Below are positions 7,377 to 16,273 of a DNA stretch of 36,586 nt, piece after piece. The notes beneath the pieces are model-generated. The model was not told the DNA's origin and made no database searches. It worked only from the letters and a program-made list of their open reading frames with translations. The position numbers were made by a program, and so were the translations under genes. How positions within the stretch are numbered: position 1 is the stretch's first letter; every line of letters begins with the position of its first letter. Source of the DNA: Nitrospinota bacterium (GTDB lineage: Bacteria > JAUXIQ01); NCBI GenBank assembly GCA_030620925.1, contig JAUXIQ010000001.1, positions 1-36,586 of the forward strand. Direction: 5' to 3'.

Positions 7377-7504
7377 AGCGGACTATGTGCTCGAGACCGG
7401 GAAAAGAAAAAACACCGTAATCGACGGACTATCGCTCCCCGCGTTTCTCCGCGCTCTGAACGCCTTTATAAGCACGGGCCGTTAACCACTCCTGATAAAG
7501 GCTG

Positions 7505-8842
7505 GTGGATATGAAAAAAGAATGGATCATAGCGGCGGCAACCATCATCGTTACATTACTCGTAGCCCTCGGGCTTATCCGATGGATGGCGCCACAGCTT
7601 ATAGGGATACCGGCCGATTTGCAGTTGGTCAAGGTCAACAAAAAAATACCGCCATTTTATGAAGGCATCTTCCGACAGGAGGATTACCGTTCTCAAGCGA
7701 AGTTACTTAACGACCCCTACACGCGTGTGCGGGCAAGACCCTTATATCAAAAAAGTTTAACCTGGGGGCCTCATGATATTCTGGGTTTTCGGAACCGTTT
7801 CGTGCCCAACGTCGCGGATATCGTGGTTATCGGCGACAGCCAGACATACGGCAACAACGTTTTTTTGGAAGAGAACTGGCCGAGCCGGCTTGCATGGCAT
7901 CTGGGGGAGAAAAAACCGGTACTTTACAGCATGGCCACAGGTGGATGGGGCGCAGTCCAATATATGGATATTTTTGAAAAGGCTCTGCTGTTCAAGCCCC
8001 GTGTGGTTGTGGTCGCCTTTTATAGCGGCAACGATTCACTGGAATCCTTCCATCTGGCCTACAGCGTAAAGCGATGGGCTCATTTAAGGCCCAACCTGAA
8101 GCTCAACGCCTCTGATATGCCACCCGGTAAATATCCTCCACCCGAATCCGAATGGTGGCCGGTAGTTTTCAAGGACGGTGTTAAGACCACCTTTACGCCT
8201 AAACATCGATTGGGCTCAAACATGGATCATCCCGCCGTCAAAGCGGGTTATGCCATCATGAAGGAAACAGCGCGGCAGATGAGCGATTCGGCCGGAAAAT
8301 CGAACGTACGGGTGGTGTTCATCATCATTCCCACCAAGGAGCTGGTTTTCGCTGAAAAAGTCAGGCGCGAAGGGATCGATGCGTCTTCAGATTATCTGGC
8401 ATTGATCGGCTCCGAGGGAAAAAATTATAAAGACCTTGCTTCGGAGCTCAAAATGCTTCCTAATGCTGTATATGTTGACCTATTGACACCGATGCGGCAA
8501 GAAGCGCTTACGGTGCCGTTATATCCACCCACCACAGACGGCCACCCCGTCGCAGCGGGCTATAATTTTATAGCACGAGTAGTTGCGCCTGTCGTGGATG
8601 GATACATTCCTGTGAGGCCGAGGGGATTGCTGCTGCTGGAGACTTCTCCGAAGGATCACTTTCCTGTTCTGGCCGACGATGACGGCGTTTGGCTTTTCAG
8701 GTCACGGAAAATTATCATAGCCAATGGATGGAGAACCGGTAATATTCCTATAGTGCAGCCCAGGGATATAGCTACTCTTCCCCTGCGCGGTGTAATCACA
8801 ACGGTCGATCCCCAGCGTTTCGGCCCCCCATCCATCGAATAG
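7505..8842 (+). CDS. Membrane-anchored SGNH/GDSL-like hydrolase or O-acyltransferase (AlgJ/AlgX/DltD-like architecture)
   Basis: 445-aa ORF from GTG 7505; ATG at 7511 is an equally plausible start. It has an N-terminal TM helix (WIIAAATIIVTLLVALGLI). SGNH blocks are VVIGDSQTYG (I), ATGGWG (II), FYSGNDS (III) and TTDGHPV (V-like, D-x-H). An extra ~100-aa C-terminal region follows. Confidence 0.7.
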   Translation: MDMKKEWIIAAATIIVTLLVALGLIRWMAPQLIGIPADLQLVKVNKKIPPFYEGIFRQEDYRSQAKLLNDPYTRVRARPLYQKSLTWGPHDILGFRNRFVPNVADIVVIGDSQTYGNNVFLEENWPSRLAWHLGEKKPVLYSMATGGWGAVQYMDIFEKALLFKPRVVVVAFYSGNDSLESFHLAYSVKRWAHLRPNLKLNASDMPPGKYPPPESEWWPVVFKDGVKTTFTPKHRLGSNMDHPAVKAGYAIMKETARQMSDSAGKSNVRVVFIIIPTKELVFAEKVRREGIDASSDYLALIGSEGKNYKDLASELKMLPNAVYVDLLTPMRQEALTVPLYPPTTDGHPVAAGYNFIARVVAPVVDGYIPVRPRGLLLLETSPKDHFPVLADDDGVWLFRSRKIIIANGWRTGNIPIVQPRDIATLPLRGVITTVDPQRFGPPSIE

Positions 8843-8866
8843 GATAGTGAACCACTCTATAACACT

Positions 8867-9559
8867 CTATCTGAACTTATACCCTCTCGTAGAAATACAC
8901 ATTAAACAGGTGTCCACCACCCGGGGATCATACAAGATACCACTGTTCCTGGAGAGCTCCTGCAACGCGTAATCCATGTCCCGGGAGGGTCGGTAAGCTC
9001 TCTGAGAGGTAATGGCTTCCACAACGTCTGCTACGCCCAGAATCCTTGCTTCGATGGAAATGCTCTCACCCGTTAACCCTGAGGGGTAACCGGCACCATT
9101 AATCCGCTCATGGTGTTGAAGCACAATGTCCGCAACCGGCCAGGGAAATTCTACTTCCTTTAACATGTGGAATCCTACCTTGGGGTGAGTCCTGATGAGG
9201 TCTTTCTCGACTTCGGATAACGGGTCGGGCTTGATCAAAATTTCCGAAGGTATTATCAGCTTTCCGAGGTCATGAACAACTCCGGCCATACGAATGCCGT
9301 CAATCTGTCCCTCTGAAAGCCCCATCGCTGTTGCTATGGTGCGGGCCAGGTCGGCTGAACGGCGTTGATGCCCCGCCGAGTTGGGGTCCTTGCTTTCAAC
9401 AGTCAGTGCTATTACGTTTATCATCCCTCCCAGGGCTTTTCGTAGCTTATCGAGGTGCTGTTCAATCTCCCTGAGCTTCCGTTCCTGTTCTGCGAAGCTC
9501 TTTCTTAAAGCTTCCTTCGCATCTTCCGGCACATCTTGTCTATCAAATATCTCTTCCAT
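8867..9559 (-). CDS. HD-GYP domain protein (putative cyclic-di-GMP phosphodiesterase), stand-alone with short coiled-coil N-terminus
   Basis: 230-aa ORF with the motifs HQRRSADLA, VVHDLGKLIIP and HHERINGAGYPSGL (HHExxDGxGYP with D to N). Confidence 0.9.
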   Translation of the reverse strand: MEEIFDRQDVPEDAKEALRKSFAEQERKLREIEQHLDKLRKALGGMINVIALTVESKDPNSAGHQRRSADLARTIATAMGLSEGQIDGIRMAGVVHDLGKLIIPSEILIKPDPLSEVEKDLIRTHPKVGFHMLKEVEFPWPVADIVLQHHERINGAGYPSGLTGESISIEARILGVADVVEAITSQRAYRPSRDMDYALQELSRNSGILYDPRVVDTCLMCISTRGYKFR

Positions 9560-9592
9560 TTCTAAATTTTATAACCCCAATTTGGTCACTAC

Positions 9593-9622
9593 ATATTAGC
9601 AAAATATAACTTATATTGTCAA
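9593..9622 (-). promoter_or_regulatory. Candidate sigma70 promoter for the HD-GYP gene
   Basis: The minus strand reads TTGACA (9622-9617), an 18-nt spacer, then TAATAT (9598-9593), about 35 nt upstream of the ATG at 9559. Confidence 0.35.
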
Positions 9623-9859
9623 GTAATAAGCTTGCCTATGTATGTTTGCCGCAGGCTCCCCGCTGACCTTCTCTCGATACGACGAATCGCCCGCAAGCCG
9701 TCTCCTGCCCCATACTGTTTGGCATTAAACAACTGTATGAACTCCCCGCCTTGAAACAGGGATAGTTTAAAACCAGTATTTATTGTTATACTACCAAAAA
9801 TATGAGATAAAATATAGGTCGCATTTTCATAAAAGGCGAACATGAACCAGGGGTGAGCA

Positions 9860-10648
9860 ATGAAACTAAAAGATAAAGTTGCCATAGTGACAGGTGCGGG
9901 CAGGGGGGTGGGGAAGTTTATAGCAATGGCTTTTGCGGATGAAGGGGCCAAGGTCGCGGTGGCGGCCAGAACGGAGCAGGAGATAGAAGAGGTGGCCCTT
10001 GAGATAACGACCGCAGGAGGCCAGGCCACAGCGATTAGAGCGGATGTCTCGCAAGAAGCCGATGTAGACCGGCTGATGGAGGAAACCTGCCGCAGTTACG
10101 GCGCCATAGATATTCTGGTGAACAACGCCGCCGTAAGCGGCCCCTTCAGGCGGATAGAGGAGATCAGCCCGGAAGAATGGCGCCGGACGACCGATATAAA
10201 TTTTATCGGCCTGTTCCTCTGCTGCCGCGCCGCCATCCCTTACCTTAAGAAAAAGGGAAAGGGGAAAATTATCAACCTGTTATCGGCCAAGTCGAGCATG
10301 CCCATGCTATCCTCTTACTACTCCACGAAGTTGGCCGTTCGGGCTATCACCGAATCGCTGGCCGCGGAAACCAAGCATCTCAACATAGATGTGAACGGGT
10401 TTCATCCCGGCGGCGTGCATGAGGGCATGCTGGGTTCCCTCCTCGAGAACCTCAACACCCTCCAGGAAGACGACCCGGTGAAGGAGTACTTCGACCGGTG
10501 GCTGAAGCGTGTGGAGACGGGTACCGTGCCCCCTGATCATGCCGCCAGACTGGCCGTCTATCTGGCCTCAGAGGAGTCGGACGGCGTGACGGGCAACAAC
10601 TTCTCGGTCTACGACAAGAGGTTCAGCGAACTTTTCCAAGGGGTATAA
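9860..10648 (+). CDS. Short-chain dehydrogenase/reductase (SDR) family oxidoreductase
   Basis: 262-aa ORF with TGAGRGVGK (TGxxxGxG), NNAAV, and a YYSTK catalytic Y-x3-K. Confidence 0.85.
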   Translation: MKLKDKVAIVTGAGRGVGKFIAMAFADEGAKVAVAARTEQEIEEVALEITTAGGQATAIRADVSQEADVDRLMEETCRSYGAIDILVNNAAVSGPFRRIEEISPEEWRRTTDINFIGLFLCCRAAIPYLKKKGKGKIINLLSAKSSMPMLSSYYSTKLAVRAITESLAAETKHLNIDVNGFHPGGVHEGMLGSLLENLNTLQEDDPVKEYFDRWLKRVETGTVPPDHAARLAVYLASEESDGVTGNNFSVYDKRFSELFQGV

Positions 10649-10668
10649 TAGGTGTGGGGGAACCCTAT

Positions 10669-10717
10669 CATGTTATTCTGAACGGAGTCCCGCGGAAGGC
10701 GGGATTCAGAATGACAG
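10669..10717. repeat. Family R2 palindromic element (CAGAATGACA-type)
   Basis: ATTCTGAA (10675-10682) and TTCAGAAT (10705-10712) enclose TCCCGC-GGAAG-GCGGGA (10688-10704). It ends in CAGAATGACAG, the motif shared with copies at 30574, 30750 and 31712, and in reverse at 30415. Confidence 0.75.
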
Positions 10718-10785
10718 TGGCCGACTGGCGTGTTTACCTTTCGAATCGCGGCAAGATGCCGCTCCAACGATAATTTAATTCCGTA

Positions 10786-10803
10786 GTCCCGCGGAAGGCA
10801 GGG
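10786..10803. repeat. Degenerate R2 core unit
   Basis: GTCCCGCGGAAGGCAGGG is a direct repeat of 10687-10704 with two changes. It is followed by a half R1 hairpin (AAAAGGTCCCCTCAAGAC, 10811-10828) that overlaps the stop codon of the next gene. Confidence 0.6.
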
Positions 10804-10821
10804 TTTACTAAAAAGGTCCCC

Positions 10822-11619
10822 TCAAGACCCGTTCTTGCTCCCCGCGGGGCACACCCTCACGCACTCGAAGCAGGAGTAGAATTCCCCGGTCATGGCCGAC
10901 TGCCATAGCTCCCAGAAAACGGGGCTCTTAATCAGCTCGACCCCTTCTTCCTGAGGCAGGGTGGTCATCTTAAGGAAAAATTTTGTCCAGCCGTAGCTGC
11001 CGCCGTCTTTGAACAGGCTGCGGATACATTTTCCAAGGTCCGTTTTCCCCTCCTCGCTGAGCGCCTGCTGGGGACATGCCTCCAGGCAGAGCATGCAATC
11101 GGAGCAGAGGTCGTCTTCTATCTTCTCGTCGGGAGCGAGGTCGGCGTCGGTCATGATCGCCGTGAACCGGATGCGGGGGCCGAAGCGGGGAGTCAAGATC
11201 AAATTGTTCTTGCCGAAAACCCCCAGCCCCGATTCCCGGGCCAGATGGCGGTATGAGACGTCGGCCAGCATGCCGTTCGTCTCTTTGACCATGGGCTGCG
11301 GGAGGTGGGTGGGGAAGGGCATGGCTTTGAAACCCATATCCTCCAGGTAGCGGGCCACCACGTAGCTCTGGCGGTCCAACTCGTGGTAAAGGGCGCCCGT
11401 GCTCTGCAGGGCCATGCGCACGTTAACGTCTGCGCAGGCAATGGAAGAGTTCAGCATTCGCACCCCCCAAACCAGCACGGATTCGGCGCCGTCCATAACC
11501 GCACCATGGTTCTGTATATATCCGGGGAGACCTTTAAGATCATCGACTCTGCAGATGCCGACAACGTCCGCCCCCTGTTCGAGAACCTTGCTCTTCAGCT
11601 CTTCAGCCTTTATCTTCAT
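10822..11619 (-). CDS. 4Fe-4S cluster protein, epoxyqueuosine-reductase (QueG)-like / reductive-dehalogenase-related fold
   Basis: The ORF-track start is 11625, but GGGAGGAG lies directly against that ATG. The second ATG at 11619 has ~8-nt spacing and is preferred (MKIKAEEL...). Ferredoxin motifs are CSDCMLCLEACP and CFECVRVCP. Confidence 0.55.
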   Translation of the reverse strand: MKIKAEELKSKVLEQGADVVGICRVDDLKGLPGYIQNHGAVMDGAESVLVWGVRMLNSSIACADVNVRMALQSTGALYHELDRQSYVVARYLEDMGFKAMPFPTHLPQPMVKETNGMLADVSYRHLARESGLGVFGKNNLILTPRFGPRIRFTAIMTDADLAPDEKIEDDLCSDCMLCLEACPQQALSEEGKTDLGKCIRSLFKDGGSYGWTKFFLKMTTLPQEEGVELIKSPVFWELWQSAMTGEFYSCFECVRVCPAGSKNGS

Positions 11620-11745
11620 TATCATCTCCTCCCAAACACTTCATTTAAAGAAACCTTTAGGCCACAACCCTTCGCCTGATCATCATTGGTATCCGGGGCA
11701 GCTTTGTTTAGGCGGGTTATTGAAAGGAAGCCAGTGCCGCTGGTC

Positions 11746-12828
11746 TCACGCATGAACGGGGAGGTCTCTGGTTCTGCCCTCCCACTTCCGACCCTCCCAT
11801 TCCAGCAGCATCATGTCATCAGCCAGTCCGGGCATCGCTTTCACTTCCACGCCGTTAAGGGAGAAGGTTTCCTTCAGCAGTCTTACGTTGCCGTTCCTCT
11901 GCCCCCTGAAGTTGGACAGGTTGCGCGGAGAAAGGGTAAACAGCGCTCGCCCGCCTTCGGCTTCCATGCTCCGCAGACCCTGCTCTGCAACCCGTCTAAG
12001 AATATATGATTCCACAAGCTGACGCAGCGCCGGATGGTGCGGACCCGCCACCACTGCTCCGCTCTCCAGCATCCCGGTATGTTGAAGACCCAGCCTGATT
12101 ACGGGGATGCTTTCAACCCGGAAGGCAGTCAGCATGCGGGCGGAAAGCGGGATAACTTCCTCCAGCCCCAGAGGCCGGTATTCCCCTCGCAGGTACATCC
12201 CGCACAGCTCGGTGCCCCTGATCACCACCGTGGGATATATGCGCACCATGTGGGGCTTGAGCTTTATGACTTTCCCGGTGGTGAGCATATCGCTGGCTGC
12301 GTCCGCCCCCGGAAGCCCGGGCATCAACTGCACGCCGACGCTGAAGCCCTGCTCTTTCAGGTGTCGCACGGCTTCTTCTGATTGAAGCGCGGTATGGCCC
12401 CGGCGGGATAAACGGAGCACTGCATCGTCCATGGACTGCACACCCAGCTCCACCGTCTCCACCCCATGCCGCATTAACAACTCCAGAACAGGGCCGTCTA
12501 TTCCGTCGGGCCTGGTGGAAATCCTGATTCCCTGAACCAACCCTTCATCCCTGGCGGCCACAGCCTGCCTGAGATAGGCTTCCTGGACGTTAAGGGACAG
12601 GCAGGTGAAACTGCCTCCGTAAAAGGCAAGCTCCCGCAGGGCGGGCCGAGCATTCCCAGGCGCACAACGGTGGATGCGATTTGCCCGGAGAACTTCGAGG
12701 ATATCCCCAGGTTTTACACCGCGGCTGCGACCTGTTATCGAGTGCTGGTCGCAGAACACACAGAGGTGCGGACAACCCTCATGGGGAATGAAAAAAGGGA
12801 CGATTTTATACTTCCGGGTGCGGCTCAT
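11746..12828 (-). CDS. Radical SAM protein (Elp3/MiaB-like core)
   Basis: 360-aa ORF with the CPHLCVFCDQ CxxxCxxC motif near the N-terminus and GGSFT shortly after. It lies directly downstream of rnc. Confidence 0.8.
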   Translation of the reverse strand: MSRTRKYKIVPFFIPHEGCPHLCVFCDQHSITGRSRGVKPGDILEVLRANRIHRCAPGNARPALRELAFYGGSFTCLSLNVQEAYLRQAVAARDEGLVQGIRISTRPDGIDGPVLELLMRHGVETVELGVQSMDDAVLRLSRRGHTALQSEEAVRHLKEQGFSVGVQLMPGLPGADAASDMLTTGKVIKLKPHMVRIYPTVVIRGTELCGMYLRGEYRPLGLEEVIPLSARMLTAFRVESIPVIRLGLQHTGMLESGAVVAGPHHPALRQLVESYILRRVAEQGLRSMEAEGGRALFTLSPRNLSNFRGQRNGNVRLLKETFSLNGVEVKAMPGLADDMMLLEWEGRKWEGRTRDLPVHA

Positions 12829-12920
12829 TCGGGAACGGCCTTATCGGGATGCATGAAGTGATATTCTCGACAACCCGCATCAGGCGGGGTAAATAAGAGC
12901 CCTCACAAAATCTTATTCGA

Positions 12921-13652
12921 TCACTGAGGTTTCTCGTCTTCTATATCTTTTTCCAGCAGCTCTGTTAACGCCTCCCTGGCGGCGTGTTGTTCGGCGACTT
13001 TTTTGCTTTTCCCGCGTCCGCTGCCTATTACCCTACCTTCCAGCGCCAACTGAACCAGGAAGACCTTCTTATGATCAGGCCCCTCTTCGCTCACCACCCG
13101 ATAACGGGGGACACAGCCCAGCCTGTTCTGAGTATACTCCTGGAGTCTGCTCTTGTAATCCCCCTGATTGCCCCCCAGCGAAACTTTCTCGATATCCTGC
13201 TCCAGGAAGGGAAGGATGATCCGATACGCCTCATTGAAACCCCCATCGAGGTAAATGGCCGCAGCCACCGCCTCGAAGGCGTTTGCCAGCAGAGAATGCT
13301 TTTTTCTCCCGCCGCTCGATTCCTCGCCCTTGCCCATGAGCAGATGCTTCCCCAGCTCCATTCGGCGGGCGATGCTGGAGAGGGTGGTTTCGCTGGCCAC
13401 TGCTGACCGAAGCTTGGAAAGTTCCCCTTCGCTTCTCTCAGGAAAACGCTTGAGGGAATAATCTCTGATTACAAGGTCAATGACGGCGTCCCCGACGAAC
13501 TCCAGGCGCTCGTTATCCCTGCTCTTGACTCCGTTTTGATCTACGTAGGATTTATGGGTGAGCGCTCGATCGAGGAGGGAAAGTTCTCGAAAACGAAACC
13601 TCAAACTTTTCTGGAACTTTTTCAGCTCCTGTTGTCGTTCTTTGGCTATCAT
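12921..13652 (-). CDS. rnc: Ribonuclease III
   Basis: 243-aa ORF with the signature ERLEFVGDAVIDLVI and a C-terminal dsRBD (GPDHKKVFLVQL...GSGRGKSKKVAEQHAAREAL). Confidence 0.95.
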   Translation of the reverse strand: MIAKERQQELKKFQKSLRFRFRELSLLDRALTHKSYVDQNGVKSRDNERLEFVGDAVIDLVIRDYSLKRFPERSEGELSKLRSAVASETTLSSIARRMELGKHLLMGKGEESSGGRKKHSLLANAFEAVAAAIYLDGGFNEAYRIILPFLEQDIEKVSLGGNQGDYKSRLQEYTQNRLGCVPRYRVVSEEGPDHKKVFLVQLALEGRVIGSGRGKSKKVAEQHAAREALTELLEKDIEDEKPQ

Positions 13653-13667
13653 GTAAGGTATGCGGAT

Positions 13668-13705
13668 TTTGAGGGGAGCCTTTCCTCGGAAAAGTTCCCC
13701 TCAAG
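13668..13705. repeat. Intergenic hairpin element, family R1, copy 3
   Basis: TTGAGGGGAGC (13669-13679) pairs with GTTCCCCTCAA (13694-13704) around a T/A tract. The TTGAGG..CCTCAA arms match copy 2. It sits between the fabF stop and the rnc start. Confidence 0.7.
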
Positions 13706-13781
13706 ACCCCTTTTCTATCCTGTTCGGACCGGGGGGGGCGTTGTCCCTTCCGCCCCATGGCCCCGGTGTTATAACCTATGC

Positions 13782-15032
13782 TTATGCTTCGTACCTCTTC
13801 AAAACGATGCTGGCGTTTGTGCCTCCGAACCCGAAGGAGTTGGACATAGCATTAACCAAGTCCATCTTCCTCGCTTCATTGGGGACATAGTCCAGATCAC
13901 ACTCCGGATCGGGGGTCTCGTAGTTTATGGTGGGCGGTAACAGGCCGTGGTTAATGGCGTAGGTGGTGAAAATTGCCTCTATCCCACCGGCGCCGCCCAG
14001 CAGGTGCCCGGTCATTGATTTGGTAGAGCTTACCGCCAGCTTGTAGGCGTGCTCTCCGAAAACACGCCTGATGGCCAGGCTCTCGATCTTGTCGTTAAAC
14101 TGGGTGCCCGTCCCGTGGGCATTTATATACTGCAAATCGTGAGTCTCAATTCCGGCGTTCTTCAAGGCCGCCTTCATGCAACTGTAGGCCCCTTCGCCGT
14201 TGGGGTCGGGCATGGTGATATGGTATGCGTCGGCCGACATTCCGTATCCCACTATCTCGGCGTAGATATTGGCTTTCCTGGCCTTGGCGTGCTCCAGCTC
14301 CTCCAGTATCAGTATGCCCGCGCCTTCACCCACCACGAAGCCATCCCTGTCGAGGTCGAAGGGCCGGCTGGCGCTTTTAGGGTCTCCGTTTCTGGTGGAG
14401 AGAGCTCTCATACTACAAAATCCTCCAACCCCCAGGGGCGTGATAACCGACTCTGCGCCTCCGGCTATCATGGCGTCGGCGTCTCCCCTCTGAATGACTC
14501 TAAAGGATTCGCCGATAGCATGGGTTCCGGCCGTGCACGCGGTGGAAATACACGAGTTGGGCCCCTTGGCCCCCGTGCGCATGGATATATGTCCGGAGGC
14601 CAGATTGGGCAGCACGTAGGGGATGAAAAAGGGAGATATCCTGCGATTCCCTTTTTCCTCCAGGACGGAATGATATTTTTCTATCCCCGGCAGACCTCCC
14701 AGGCCCACACCCACTATCACCCCGACCCTGCCGGCATTACCGTTCTTAATGGTTAGAGCGGAATCTTCCACGGCCATGGTGCCAGCGGCTATGGCGTACT
14801 GAATGAAGACATCCATCTTTTTTTCTTCTTTTTTGTCTATGTACTCAAAGGGATCAAATCCCTTGACTTCGGCGGCGATACGCGTAGGGAAATCACTGGT
14901 ATCGAATCGCGTAATCTCCCCAATGCCTGACTCGCCCTTGCTCAGGGCCTCCCAGCTCTCCTTGGCGCTATTGCCCAGTGGAGTGATTGCGCCTACTCCT
15001 GGTATAACCACTCTTCTTTCCAGTATGATCAC
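13782..15032 (-). CDS. fabF: Beta-ketoacyl-ACP synthase II
   Basis: 416-aa ORF with a GTG start. Motifs are the active-site [18 protein letters not shown] and GHLLGGAGG. It sits directly after acpP. Confidence 0.95.
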   Translation of the reverse strand: MIILERRVVIPGVGAITPLGNSAKESWEALSKGESGIGEITRFDTSDFPTRIAAEVKGFDPFEYIDKKEEKKMDVFIQYAIAAGTMAVEDSALTIKNGNAGRVGVIVGVGLGGLPGIEKYHSVLEEKGNRRISPFFIPYVLPNLASGHISMRTGAKGPNSCISTACTAGTHAIGESFRVIQRGDADAMIAGGAESVITPLGVGGFCSMRALSTRNGDPKSASRPFDLDRDGFVVGEGAGILILEELEHAKARKANIYAEIVGYGMSADAYHITMPDPNGEGAYSCMKAALKNAGIETHDLQYINAHGTGTQFNDKIESLAIRRVFGEHAYKLAVSSTKSMTGHLLGGAGGIEAIFTTYAINHGLLPPTINYETPDPECDLDYVPNEARKMDLVNAMSNSFGFGGTNASIVLKRYEA

Positions 15033-15168
15033 CTCCTCGACACCATCCGTCCTTCATTCCTTGCTTTACACGGGCCGTAAGAATCACCGCAAGACAGCTT
15101 TCACCGATGGCGGATGCCAGTTATCAGCAGTCGGGCTTTCTCCACCTCCGAACCTGCTATCCTTTTAT

Positions 15169-15414
15169 CTATTCCGCGTTCAGGTTTCCCTTTATGTAAT
15201 TGACTGCATCCTTTACAGTCTTTATCTTTTCCGCATCCTCATCGGCTATTTCTATGTCAAATGCTTCCTCGAAAGCCATCACCAGCTCCACTGTATCCAG
15301 CGAATCCGCTCCCAGGTCGTCGATGAAAGAGGCCTCGGTAGTTACCTCGTTATCCTCTATACCGAGCTGTTCCACGATTATCTCTTTAACCTTTACTTCG
15401 ACAGTCGACTCCAC
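15169..15414 (-). CDS. acpP: Acyl carrier protein
   Basis: It has the phosphopantetheine site motif [12 protein letters not shown]. The ORF-track start (15432) is a TTG that overlaps the SD. I prefer GTG at 15414, preceded by GGGGAGGTG, which gives an 81-aa product. Confidence 0.93.
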   Translation of the reverse strand: MESTVEVKVKEIIVEQLGIEDNEVTTEASFIDDLGADSLDTVELVMAFEEAFDIEIADEDAEKIKTVKDAVNYIKGNLNAE

Positions 15415-15505
15415 CTCAAAACACCTCCCCAAGTTTTTTTAAATATTCTACCCCCTCACAAAGATTGCTGCAATCCAAAAGAAGAGAGGGCTCACTACCT
15501 GATTA

Positions 15506-16246
15506 TCACATATACATACCGCCGTTAACGTGAATCACCTGCCCTGTTATATAATCGGACTCCGGATGCACGAGGAACCTCACGCAGTTGGCTACGTCAG
15601 CGGGAGTTCCAAGTCTGTTTATAGGTATTTGCCCTATCATCTCCTCCCTGGCCTTTTCAGGGATGGCGCGGGTCATCTCCGTATCGATGAACCCCGGGGC
15701 AATCGCATTGACGGTTATACTTCGCGGGGCCAGCTCCCTGGCCACGGCTTTCGTAAAACCTATTATGCCCGCTTTGGAGGAAGCGTAATTGGCCTGCCCC
15801 ACGTTTCCGATGACGCCGATGACGGAAGCGATATTTACAATTCTTCCCGAGCGCTGCTTCACCATTGTGCGGACGGCGCTCTTGGTGCAGTTGAATGTCC
15901 CGTTAAGATTTATGTCGTGTACTAAATCCCAGTCTTCCTTCTTCATCCTGAGGAACAGGGCGTCGCGCGTCACCCCTGCGTTGTTGATGAGTATATCCAG
16001 GCGGCCGAACTTCTGGAGCGCGGCGTCTATCATCGAATCCACTTCCTCCACCACCGTGACGTTTGCGGCCACGGGCAGTGTCTCCACTCCCTCCTCCCTT
16101 ACCTTCTCCGCCGCCCCCTCCAGGGCCTCCCGGTTCACGTCCGCAAGCACTATATTCGCCCCCTGGCGGGCCAGTATACCGGCGCACTCAAGCCCAATGC
16201 CTCTGGCGCCGCCGGTCACCACGGCTACCTTATCCTTCAGTTCCAT
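15506..16246 (-). CDS. fabG: 3-oxoacyl-ACP reductase
   Basis: 246-aa SDR with TGGARGIG, NNAG and YASSKAG, in the conserved position between fabD and acpP. Confidence 0.93.
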   Translation of the reverse strand: MELKDKVAVVTGGARGIGLECAGILARQGANIVLADVNREALEGAAEKVREEGVETLPVAANVTVVEEVDSMIDAALQKFGRLDILINNAGVTRDALFLRMKKEDWDLVHDINLNGTFNCTKSAVRTMVKQRSGRIVNIASVIGVIGNVGQANYASSKAGIIGFTKAVARELAPRSITVNAIAPGFIDTEMTRAIPEKAREEMIGQIPINRLGTPADVANCVRFLVHPESDYITGQVIHVNGGMYM

Positions 16247-16273
16247 ACCTTATGCCTTGTGCAACGGGCTCTT

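Noticed and set aside
9619-10029. 136-aa minus-strand ORF spanning the HD-GYP/SDR intergenic region
   Set aside because: It overlaps the well-supported SDR start region in antisense, and it has no motif and no SD.
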